Source: Paragordius varius (lineage: Eukaryota; Animalia; Nematomorpha). Taken from it: 64,000 nucleotides of DNA. A model generated the notes under the pieces. That model did no database searches, was not told the origin of the DNA, and worked only from the letters and a program-made list of their open reading frames with translations. Every line of letters begins with the position of its first letter. Position 1 is the stretch's first letter. The DNA lies in assembly GCA_964247055.1 (NCBI GenBank), contig OZ176053.1:8432001-8496000 (forward strand), written 5' to 3'. Positions 44,601 through 56,658 of this stretch are shown here, piece by piece. The position numbers and the translations under genes are program-made.

Positions 44601-47600
44601 CAGGTAAAAATTGCGGTTTTTAACAAATTTACTAAAAATTTGGTTTTCTTTTGTTTTTTAGGTTTTGCATTGTTAGTTGTAATTAATTATTGCATATTTT
44701 TATAATAAATACAGGTAGAAATTACGGTTTTTAACAAATATAAGATTTAGTTTTTTTGTTTTTTGCATTGTAAATTATACATAGTCTTGAAATATTTTTT
44801 ACATACTATAATAAAGACAGGTAAAAATCAATGTTTTTCGGTTTTATATGTAATTAATACCAACCAATATGAAAAATTTTCTATATTTACATAAACATCG
44901 ATATATAGATGTAAATATATTTATTACTCCAACTATAAATAAGAAGCATATTATTTTTAAATATAAATAAATTTATTTATATATAATAAATCATTATAAT
45001 ATAAATCATAATTCAATGTTGGAATTATCCAGCTATATGATCGATCAATATCATCATTGTCATTGACCGTCTTGTATGTTAGATTTGCTACATAATGATT
45101 AATATCATCAAATAGGACAGTTGAATTTTGAAAACACCGATTGCAACAGTGTGGGAGTCTTATTATCAGTAACATTAATTTATACACTTGTTCGATATTC
45201 TTTATAATCCGGGTGATCATCTAAATAAAAAAATTATTGGGTTTTTAAAAATTATAATCACTGGCCCATGTGAAGGTGTCTCTACCTTGACCGAAATGGG
45301 CTCGTTTTAAATCATATGTTTATTTTATATGAATGTTGAGTGTACTTTTTGAGGTTGATTTCCGATGAAGCCACATATTAAAAAATCGGCTAAGAAAAGC
45401 TCTCGTATTGATTTTCGCTTGAAGTCTGTGGGATGGGACCAAACCTATAAATAATAGATATACAAAATGCAAAATGGATAAATGAGTTTATAAATATACC
45501 GAGCAGGAACCCGAGCTTCGATCATTTGAGGAAGAACAGTCGCTGAACGAATAGCCAGCCTTGGACTAGATGTTGTCTGAGATATGGGACCAAGCCTATA
45601 AATAATAGATAAAAAAAAGATTTAAGAAACTTACTTGGACGATTAAAATATGATATATACCCAGGATTATCCACTATAGTGTCGAATGTTGATGGATAGT
45701 AATTATATGGCATTTTTTAGTTTTAATTGCCAACGCAAATTATACTGGACTAAAAATTAGAGCTAATTAATAAAAAATACCCAAGTATTTATTTAGTTTT
45801 AATGCCTTCTAATTATTTAAAATTTTTGATAATATTTTCAACAAATAATCTTTTGTCAGCTAAAATATTATAATATAGTGTTTACTTTATTTGGAACACT
45901 TTTCAGAATTCAAAAATTCCATATAGTTCAAAAGTTATTAAGTATTAAAAATCCTACGATCCTCAATTTTATATGCTCGTTTTATAGCACGCAAGTGAAG
46001 GTAGGATGAGCTTTTTATCTTCACCAAAAGAACGAATGTATGAACATTGTTTCAACCTTCACATGGGCAACTATCTCTTTTTTATGAAATCTAACAAAAA
46101 TACCTGATAAAAGACTCAATTTATCATCCAAAAGATCACTGGAAAACGTGGATAAAATTAAGAATATTTTACCATCATTCTGTGGGATGATTATATCAGC
46201 TAACATAAAAGATAGATGAGTTTTTATGGAATTTAATAAAATGATATTAATGTTCCTACAATCTCTTTCTTGAATTCCATAAATATTATCACAATCAGAA
46301 ACGCTAATCGGAGCTAACACCAATTAAAATAAAAAATAAATTAACCTTCATTAAATTGGAAAAATATTTTTTTATAAAAAAGAAAATAAAAAATGTTATA
46401 AATTTTTACATCTGCATTTTCTTTATAATAGCCAAAACTAAAAAAACACGAATCCCCTTCATAGTCTTAACAAAAAATACAAATTTGATAAAATTTTCTT
46501 CTTCGTACTCATACCATGCCAGAAAAGCAGTGTAGGGAATTTTTCGTGCTGTTTTGGTTGCTAAAAAATGTAAAAGAAAACTGTAAAAAGATCATTTTTA
46601 ATTTTTTATAATGAAAAAAGTCATTTTGAAGGTAAATTATTTTTGTATTTAGGGGATTCTAACAATGAGAATGTTCGGATTGTGACAGCTATGTTCATAA
46701 AAAAGAGATAGTGATTTAAATTTTTAAAAGCCCAATAATTTTTTTTTATTTAGATCATCACCCGGATTATAAAGAATATCGAACAAGTGTATAAATTATA
46801 ATGTTACTGATAATAAGACTCCCCCACACTATTGCAATCAGTGTTTTCAAAATTCAACTGTCCTATTATAATTGATGATATTAATCATTATGTAGCAAAT
46901 CTAACATACAAGACGGTCAATGACAATGATAATATAGATTGACCATAAAGCTGGATGATTCCAACATTGAATTATGATTTATATTATAATGATTTATTAT
47001 ATATAAATAAATTTATTTATATCTAAAAATAATATGCTTCTTATTTATAGGTTTTGGATTAATAAATATATTTACATCTATATATCGATGTTTATGTGAA
47101 TATAGAAAATTTTTCATATTGGTTGGTAATAATTACATATAAAACCGAAAAACATTGATTTTTACCTGTCTTTATTATAGTATGTAAAAAATATTTCAAG
47201 ACTATGTATAATTTACAATGCAAAAAACAAAAAAAAACTAAATTTTTACTAAATTTGTTTAAAAACCGCAATTTTTACCTGTATTTATTATAATGTCCAA
47301 AATATGTAGTAATTAATTAAAATTAACAATGCAAAACCTAAAAAACAAAAAAAACTAATTTTTTACTAAAGTTATTTAAAACCGCAATTTTTACCTGTAT
47401 TTAATAAAATGTCCAAAATATGTTGTAATTGATTACAATTAACAATGTTACATAAAAAAAACAAAAAAAATTAAATTTTACTAAATTTAAAAACCGAATT
47501 TTTACCTGATTAAAATGTCTGAAATACTTAAAAATTATTAATAATTAACCAAAACATAAAAGACAAAAATCTAAAATCTACTTAAATTTTCACAAATATA

Positions 47601-50600
47601 TATTTACCTGTGTTTTTTTAATTAGTAGTAACAACTATATAAAATTATAATACCAATATTCATTAATACACGTATTTAGCATCTTGAAAAATATTTATTA
47701 TTAAATTTAGGAATAATTAACATTAAAAATTTTAAAATACGTATTTTACTATTTATTAATTTATCAAAGATAAAACCCACAAAATTCCGCATCTAAATGC
47801 GTAACAACAATATTACAAATGTTAACATAAATTGCTATAATATTCTCAAAATTTAACATTACAAAATATCCATCAAATTAAAGCCTATGTTAATTCTCAC
47901 GTCAATCCTCTTTCATATGTGTACTACGAAATAATTTCGTGGGTCAGTATTTTACGCATTGGATAAACCATTTATGTTATTCGACTGGTAATAAAATTAC
48001 TGAACATACATTAAAATGCAAACTGTAAGTGCTCAGTAAAATATAATTAATGTAATGGCGTGTGTGCAAAATAATTCTCGTTTTATATATTTCTAATAAA
48101 AGTAAATTGTGTATGCGTTGTTATACAATTGACGTATCTATAAAATTGGCTATGTAATCAAGGTAGATACTTTTAAATGTACTCAAAATATATCACTGTG
48201 TGCAAAAAAGAGGGTTAATTTATTTTAACAAAATTTTATTTTTCATGAGATAGCTTACTAGTGAATTCATTTGCCGCAAAAATTTTATTTGTTGACAACC
48301 TAGTTTTTGAAATATTGAGAGAAAATCGAAATCGGGCAAAAATTGAAAATTAAGGATAATTCAAAAATTATGATATTTAAGATATTATGGTTTATTATCG
48401 TTTTAGGAGATATTTTTAATATATAAATAGCCTTAAATCATATAGTTAGGGTTTCTCTAAAATCACAGATCAAATATAGCATTTTTCTTTTAACATACGT
48501 AAAAGACAAATTTTTTTTGATATTATGTTAAAAAAAATTTTTAATTATTTACTAGCTAAACTCACTATTAAAATCTTAATTATATTTTATTTAGTAAAAA
48601 AACTTATATATCAAAATAAAACCAAAAAATATTGTTTTTTATTTTTTTGTCATCTGGTTAATGAGTGTATAAAAAGGTTATATTGTTTTATTCTGGAATC
48701 TTACATGAGTCGGAATTATAAAGTATATAAATTTTGCAAAATAAGAAATAAAAGTAGCGAAATATCAACCAACAATCAAATCTCTGTAACAGGTTTGTTT
48801 TGACACAACCTGGCCAATAATTTTAATATGAGCATATATTTTAAAACCCCCATTTAGAAAGTTTATTAAACATTAAAGAACGCGTTTTTAAGTATAAATT
48901 TAATATTAAATTCAAACTTGTCTAAAATTATCGCGCAGCGCGGTCCTATATTAGTTTTCGGTTTTAAAAAAACCTTTTTTTCATTTAAATTTTAATGACA
49001 TTTTTGAAGTACTTTTTACCTTAAAATTGATATGATTAATAACAGGCTTAACCATACCATCGTGTTAAATGACCCATTTGAAGATCCACCAAACTTTCAT
49101 CATTTAGTACCAAATGCTTCACCTATGCCCTCATATCAACACTTATTTTCTGAGCGCATTGAATTGACTCAAGAAATTAAAGCCGAAAACGAAAAGGATT
49201 ATTATGAACGCATGGAACGTCAAAGAGACAAGGAAGCTAAAGTATATTACATTACATAAAATTAATTAAAATTTGGAATTTTTCAATAAACATTATAGCC
49301 ATTAACTCATATAAATAAATTTTCATACAAAATGGTTTCATTAAAAATATTTTTAATTTTTCTTTATTATTTATACGACAATTATTAATAACACTGGACA
49401 ACAAATTTTTCTGCCACTCGAGTTTTTAGTATTTTCTGATATTTAGTATCATTTTAGCAGTAAATCTGAAATAAAAATTATAACTCGTTGGAAGAATTTT
49501 GTATAATTTGATTTTTTTGATTATGCGCCCTCTTTATCAAAATTTTACTAAAAAATATTTTTCTTTGAAAATATACAAGTAATGCCCATTTGTAATATAT
49601 CATTCGAGTAATAAAAACTCTATAAAATGCATACTAATATGTATCACATCGACAGTTAATATTGGACACAAAGAGCGACAAACGGGCGAAACGAGAGCAT
49701 TTTTTTTAATTAATATATTTTTAAAACTAATGGATGAAAATAGCTCAAACTTTGTTTAGATGGCGATGAATGTCCAAAAAAGATAAAACAAGAAAGTTTT
49801 TTTGATTAAAACATTTTATTATTGCTTTTATGTCACTCAAAACAGCCATTTTTAAGTTTTTTGTTTTTTAAAAATTACCATTTCATCAATATTAATTTAT
49901 TTTCTTTACAGGGCTGATAATTTCGAAATTTTAAAGATAAAAACAAAGTTTAAGGTATTTTTGATCTTTTATAGCCATTATGTAATAAATTTACAGTTAT
50001 AACTATGCATTTTAGTACCAACTAGGTAAAATATTTATGATAATAATAATTTTTATTAAAAAAGCAAACCAAAAGCTTTTTCAAACATTTTTTTAAATTA
50101 AATATTAATATAACCCTAATAATTATATTAAAATAATTTATATGATTTTCAAATTAATTTGTCTGTAAAAATTATTGACTTACTTAAGGATTGAAAATTT
50201 CGACCATTTAAATCAAAATAACTTTTACATCCGATTGATTTAAATGACTTACTACCATTTAAAAGATGCAGTTTTTTGCGCTCTTTCGAATGATATAAAA
50301 TACATGGCTTCATATCTAAAACTTTTAATTTTCGAAATTTCGAGTTTAATGTTAAATTGGGGCCAAAAATTATCGATAAACTCTAATATAAAAAAATTCT
50401 TCCATGCTAGACCAATTTTCTTTTCAGATATACTAATTATGTACTTTAATGAAATAAATTTTAAATTTACAAAAATGGCAGTTAAAAAAGTTAAAATTTG
50501 TTGTCTAGTGTAATAATTAAGAATTTATAATAAATTCGATTATTTAACATATTTGCAATAATTCATAATCTCATATAAATGTACATATATAATTTGTACC

Positions 50601-51760
50601 ATATTTTATATTGGTTCTCTCACATATTATAGGCTAGAGCCAAAATTCTAGAGATTGTTGGGGACCTGCCTAAAGCCAACATAAAACCGCGTGAAAATGT
50701 ACTCTTTGTCTGTAAATTGAATCCTATCACAGTTGGCAAAGACTTGGAAGTTATATTTTCCCGATTCGGGACAATTAAAAGGTAGATTATTTTTGCATTT
50801 ATTATTTTATGTTTATTTTCTTGGTGGTTTAACAAATATAAAAATTCAATAAATACACCATACCTGTACCTTGCATACTTCGTTAACGATGTTTTGATTT
50901 TTAAAATTCCTGACTATAATCAGCGCATTAATAAAGAATTGGAAATGACCATAGTTAAGTTTATATGGGGCTTTAAACTTTCAGAAATATTGTTTTAAAA
51001 GGATTTTATTTAGGGCCAGGAGATATCTTAAATATGGGAGGGAGAGTTTCTAACTAATTAAAAAATAGGGCGCCTATGTTTGGTTATTCAGAGTTAAAAA
51101 TATTTTGAAAACATTAGTTTAGCGATTTTCTTGAAAATTGTTTGAAAATCAATTTTTACATTTTATTAAATATATATAAAGTTTATATATTTTTTTAAAT
51201 TGTAGCTCAGAAATAGTATATGATAAATTGACAGGAAGTTCTTTGGGATATGGCTTCATTGAATTTGAAACAGTAATATATATATAATATATATTTTTTT
51301 AATTTACGCATCTTTTAATTTAACGCTAAAATTTTTTTATTTTGATATAATCGTGCTATCATTTATAAATTTTTAATTTGAAGTTTAAAAAATATTTATT
51401 GTCTAGAGAATGCGCATCAAGGTTTTATTTAACTACTTTAAAATAATTGTTTATCAATTTAAAAAGCTTATTTATTTATAAAAACGTGAAACTTCCTTTT
51501 CACTCTAAATTTTTATAGTATCAATTTGTTTTTAATTGTTATAATTTTAAATAGAGTGTTTATATAGTAACCTTTTTTACATACCCTAACGAATTTAATT
51601 GTTTATATTTTATTTTATATGCGTTTTTCAGACCGCTCAATGTGAACAAGCCTACATGACCATGGATAATGTACTCATAGATGATAGACGAATTCATGTC
51701 GATTTCTGCCAATCGGTTGATCGTGAAAATCGGAGAGCAAAATTTAAAAGGAAATTTTAA
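39480..51760 (+). CDS. PPIL4: Cyclophilin-RRM protein PPIL4, 334 aa
   Basis: Exons 39480-39549, 39572-39639, 39663-39727, 39751-39868, 39891-40033, 49046-49241, 50633-50781, 51206-51272, 51632-51760 (1005 nt). [66 protein letters not shown]; [36 protein letters not shown]. Introns 22, 23, 23, 22, 9012, 1391, 424, 359 nt. Confidence 0.95.
41040..41690 (-). mobile_element. Decayed Ty3/Gypsy gag fragment in PPIL4 intron 5
   Basis: Frameshifted minus-strand peptides [42 protein letters not shown] and the zinc-knuckle region [21 protein letters not shown]. Confidence 0.75.
42951..44089. mobile_element. CACTA/CMC-type non-autonomous element nested in the left arm
   Basis: Termini CACTAGTCGACAA... 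and ...TTGTTGAACAGTG, imperfect TIRs sharing gcaccacc, and a clean 3-bp TSD TTG (42948-42950 / 44090-44092) inside the tandem unit gcaTTGttaattg. Confidence 0.8.
44093..44830. repeat. ~115-bp tandem array within the foldback arm (also 42640-42950 and, inverted, 47160-47520)
   Basis: The motif caggtaaaaattgcggtttttaacaaattt recurs about every 115 bp: 10 motif copies in the left arm versus 4 in the right. Confidence 0.9.
50870..51070 (+). mobile_element. Possible L1/Tx1 RT C-terminal remnant
   Basis: Short degenerate peptide [13 protein letters not shown] followed by a GG-like stretch; interrupted by stops. Confidence 0.3.
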
Positions 51761-51909
51761 AATTATGCTCATAAAAATTTAAACGCATTTTATTACATAA
51801 TCATATGAGACACATTATAAATTATGGACAGGCACGCATTATCGGTTTTCTCCTAACATCCTTTGATTAATAAATGGACATCTAAATAAAAATAAACAAT
51901 AATAAATTG

Positions 51910-51947
<38 letters not shown>

Positions 51948-53169
51948 CTGTTGCAGCTTTTTATTTTATATGTGGTACCCATTTAGCAGTCAGAGCTGCA
52001 TTTTTTCAACCGATCAAATTCAATTCCAATATGGTTATTTATTTTTACATTTACATGGAAATTTTTCGATTATATTAAATATAGTAATTGTGGTAGAATA
52101 AAAAATGCCTTTGGTAATAAAAGGAGCCTTTCAATTGGTTGCATCAAAAACTTAGTTACATATAAAAGATTTTAAGCAAAAAATCCTTGCCTATATACAA
52201 TTAAATTTTTTTTTCCCTGTTGGCTAACATTATCGATTTTACTTTTTTTTACTATTTAATGATTTGTTATTTTTTAAAGAATTTATTATAAATTAATATT
52301 TAAAGATCTTGAAAAAAATAGATCCAAAAATATTTGCTACCAAAATTGAATATAAAAATTTACCAGGTCTCAATTTTTTGGGATTGATTCTAAATATAGA
52401 TCCGAGCTAATTTTTCTTTGTAAATTGTCGGAAGAACCGGTGTAGGTGTTCATGGAATTCTAGTTAATAAATTTTAATAATTTATTTCTGATTGTAATTA
52501 GAAAATTATGAAATCTTTTAGAACCGGAACCGTTTTGGATCCGAAAATTTTTAGAATCAAAGGTAATTTAAAATTTAATCCAATATAACTTAACCTCATA
52601 TATTTTTGTTGTTTTCAAAATTTATTTGAAAATATTAAAGTGTGGCAATTTATTTTTGTTAAAATGGCAATTAATTTTTATTACATTTTTATCATAGCTA
52701 TTTTACCTTTTGTATGTATAATTTCATATTTTACTGTGAAATGGAACCATATAATTTATTTTTCATTACTTTTGAATTCCAATACTTGTATTTATCGACT
52801 AAAAATTGTTACAAATTTTTGAAAAAAAATATTGCTCTCCGGTTGCCATTTAGTTTTTCAGTCGTCGCAATTAAATTGATATTCCATTAATAGGTGCAAA
52901 CTTTTGTAATAAGTGGCGATTTTTAAGTTACTCCAATTAAAAATGGATATTGCATTATTAATATTCTAATATCTACCCTTTACCGCAGAGTTAAAGTTTG
53001 ATCAAACAAATCTACGTCCGTATTTTAGTATTAAAAATAATTTAAAATTACGTATAACGCATTATCTGCAAAAAAATGTTGACTTTTTCTTGCCCTTATA
53101 TGAGAAAAAGAACCCTAAGACTACACTTGTTATTTGCAAAAAACAATAAAAATTAATTTATAAATGCGA

Positions 53170-53734
53170 TATACCATGTTCACTTCAAGAGTGCCTTGAA
53201 CTTTTCAAGTTGGTCCTTGAACACTTCAAGTTGGTCCTTAAAATTTTGATTAAACCATGATTTTTGCATGTGTTTTTTTATTCTATTATTTTTTAACATA
53301 ATTTTCTCTATTTATTATATATTTATTTATTTTAAAATAAAAATTTCTATTCAAAAACCACTTTTTTGTTTTAAACTAAATTTCTAATTTAACAAAATTA
53401 ACTTATTAACGTTTTCCACAAAAAATTGTAAATAATAACCTAAAAAACTTATATATTTTTAATAACGTGTTTAAATCTTATAAATCCCAAATAATTTTAA
53501 GAAATTAATTAAGATATAGGGTTTCTCAATAATTAAAAGTTGATATAATTGTAGGACATAAACGATACAATAGATGAATGATTTACGATTTGATTGATAA
53601 AAGTTTAAAACAAAAAAGACAAAGCACCAACTTGAAATGTTTAAAGACCAACTTGAAATGTTAAAAGACCATAATTCAAGGAACAACTTGAAATGTTCAA
53701 GGATCAAGGACACTCTTGAAGTCTAAATGGCATA
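53170..53734. mobile_element. Foldback MITE with TATACCAT termini and ~20-bp subrepeats (ttcaagttggtccttgaaca)
   Basis: Left tataccatgttcacttcaagagtg versus right cactcttgaagtctaaatggcata; 2-4 inverted subterminal repeats on each side. Confidence 0.75.
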
Positions 53735-54386
53735 CATTATCCAAAAATCACCCAAACATAATTTTTTATATTAGAATTTGGAATAACCACTAAATTTATT
53801 TCCAACTGTGCATGATAATTCATATATCAAAAGTAAGCGTTCAAGTTCAACTAATTTGTTATATTACCTTAGTTGAATAATTTATGGAATAATTTGATTT
53901 GTTTGTTTGATCAGCTATAAAATAATTAAATAAGTATTGTACTTCTCTCCGTTCCCGATCTTTCATATTGCGTAGAATTTGAGTAGTAACTAAATAATAA
54001 AATTTGGTTAAACAAATATTATCAATTATATGTTTAGATATTTTAAATAATTATTTTGAATAGATTTAGAATACCTTAAATTTCGGTCATCATTTCCGTC
54101 CTCGTATTTACCACCATAATAATGATAATCAAATCTAATGATAAAATAAAGGTAATTTGGTATTTTAATTGATTCATTAAGATTTTGAATAGCTTCGATT
54201 TTTTGTTTGATCAATTCATGTTAAAAATCAAACCCTTTTTTGTTAATTAAAACTAGTTTACGAATGATTAAAAAATCGAACTGATTTAAGTTTTTTTCAA
54301 GATAACCGGTTTTCAAATATAATAGGTTTTAAAAAATTACTTTTACATTGTAGTATCTATAAAAAATAAACAATGTAAAAAATTAA

Positions 54387-56658
54387 TTACGAAGCATATG
54401 ATTCATCATCATATTTATCCATATCCAATTTGAAAGCATCAGAACTGTGCGGCGATTGTGCAGGTTCCACCCGACCCAAATTTTCTACGTCTGAGGAAGA
54501 TGGGAAATCATTCATATTCAAACTGTTTTCTCCTTCAGGAATAAATTCAACATTTTCTGCCATGTCAGACGACCCAAAATTATTTGGGGATTTTCGTTTT
54601 TTTGGTTTGTTGTTTTTTAAATTCTCTAAAAAAGATTGTTAAATTTTTAATAACTTTGTTTGAAACGGTGATTATGAATCGGGTTGATAAAATATTTTTG
54701 CTATAAATTTAAGCACAAAAAACCATTTTAAATGAAAATTGTCCGAAAATGCATTTATAAATAATTAGAAGAATCCTAACCATCGCTCTATGGTTTTTTA
54801 TTTAACTATGTTAAGTTTGCTTGAATTTAATTTATTTGATTTACAACGTAGAGAAAATATAATATTAAATGTTATCTTATTTTTCAACTTTCATCCAGAG
54901 CGTATTACGGATTGTAGGGTTATATTTAGGAAGACTTACCCATGATTGGCGCATTTATTATAAAGCAACGAATCTACACATTTAATTAAATTTTCTTGCA
55001 AACCCATATTTTAATTTTTATTATAAATATTCCATTTATGAATATATTTAACCAAAATGATTGATTTAATTTATTTTTTAACTGATATTGCTCAAAAAAT
55101 TTCCAGTTTTTGAGTTTTATTTACTTTTATTACCCTTATGATTGATTAAGATTGTCTCCCTACCAAGTGCGTTAAATTTATTTTAGTATATTCAACAATT
55201 TTTGTCAAGATTATTAAAAGTTTTTACTGAAATGCTTTTAATTCGGAAACAGTATGTAGGCAATAGATTTATATTTTAATTTAAAATATTAAAAGCAGAT
55301 TTATATTATAAATCAATTTAAATTATTTTTTATATATAGATAACGTTTAAAAAGTTAAGGAACAATATGACAAATAAAAAATAAACTTGATTTTCGTTTA
55401 TTGATATATATGGTAAATCCAAACGTAATGACAATTAATATGATAAGGCAAACGCAAGTAAAAGCCACGATTTTGAATATGTCAATGGCTGATGATTCCT
55501 CTAAAACAAAACAAAGTATAAATTCAAATTTATTCGCATAGATCAAGGGCACTTCAAAAATTATATATTTTATAAGAAAATATTGAGTCAGTTGTCATAT
55601 TGCTAGGTTTTCAAAAGAAAATTTATAAAATTGTTGACGCATTTTAGTCAATGCTGATTTACATGTTTCCGCGTATTTCTGACAGTTATAGCATAAGTTT
55701 AATTAATTAGTTTTATGTCTGGATAAGCCAACAAAATGATTTAGAGTTGAAACTCCGGATTAAATATCTATCAAAGAGTTTGAAAACTGCCAGATATATT
55801 ACGGTTTACACGAAAACGATTGGCCATTAGTACTAAGCACAAAATCCTTACTAATTTTATCGAAGGGTATTTATGCCAAAATTTTATTTGACACCGCAAT
55901 ATTAAATGATTACAAAACTTATGATGATTGATATATATAACGCGCGATCTATGGTCAGCAAACATGCACTCTTTTCGCCTAAATACATCAGTGCATCTAT
56001 CATATTAAAAAACATTTTTCGTAATATAAGTTTATGTTGTAATATGTAGACTAATGAAAATATGATTTAGGAGCATGGTGTTATATTAAAATTCGTAAAC
56101 TCTTACTAACTTTTAGTGTCCAAATATATGTCTTCGCTATAGTAGGCTTTTTGATCCTTTGTGCGCATGACACATCTATAATTCCCCAATAAAGACGTGT
56201 TGGTAAATTTTATTTGCAAATTTTCCTGTTGAGAAAGGATACTGATTTAGAATATGATATGAAAATCATTTTAATTTAGAAAACTTTGTCGTGTCAGCAA
56301 TATAATTTTATATCATTTTTACGAATCTGATAAATAATTTAGGCAATCAAGTATACCTTATCAGATATAAGAGACTGATCTTTTATCCATTCAATTTTTG
56401 TAATATCCGGTGTTTTGACTTGTGGATTCAGTGTTGTATCATTGGCTTGACGCAAGCTTATATTTGCAGGCATTATGCAACTTAATACCAAACTTTCATT
56501 GAGCGGTACATAATAAAACTGTCTCCCATATTTTTGATCCGATTTGGGAACAAAACCATTGACTAGGGTTAATTTAATTCGAGGGGATTCCATTCTCACA
56601 TTGGAATTATTAGTATAATTTGTATTTTTGTTATCATAAAAATGTAAACTTATAAGGT
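54387..56658 (-). CDS. Orphan Ig-superfamily single-pass membrane protein; 5' exon(s) and signal peptide not located
   Basis: Phase-consistent exons 56658-56357, 56225-56111, 55500-55387, 54625-54387 give LVLSC...IEWIKD...ENLQIKFTNTSLLGNYRC (Ig C-W-C core), a TM segment (IFKIVAFTCVCLIILIVITFGFTIYI), a basic stop-transfer stretch NKRKSK, and an acidic tail ending KYDDESYAS*. Confidence 0.75.

Larger units (their letters stand above)
42140..48025. mobile_element. Large non-autonomous foldback element with CAGT...ACTG ends, TA flanks and kb-long inverted arms
   Basis: The left arm 42140-45262 (with an insertion and extra tandem units) is the reverse complement of the right arm 46710-48025. Termini are ta|CAGTATGCATTTTAATG and CATTAAAATGCAAACTG|ta. 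Spacer about 1.45 kb; no transposase recognised. Confidence 0.85.

Noticed and set aside
44093-44830. ~115-bp periodic array as CRISPR or an RNA gene cluster
   Set aside because: The whole unit is repeated, not repeat plus spacer; it is part of a transposon arm. ORF 44110-44325 merely translates the repeat.
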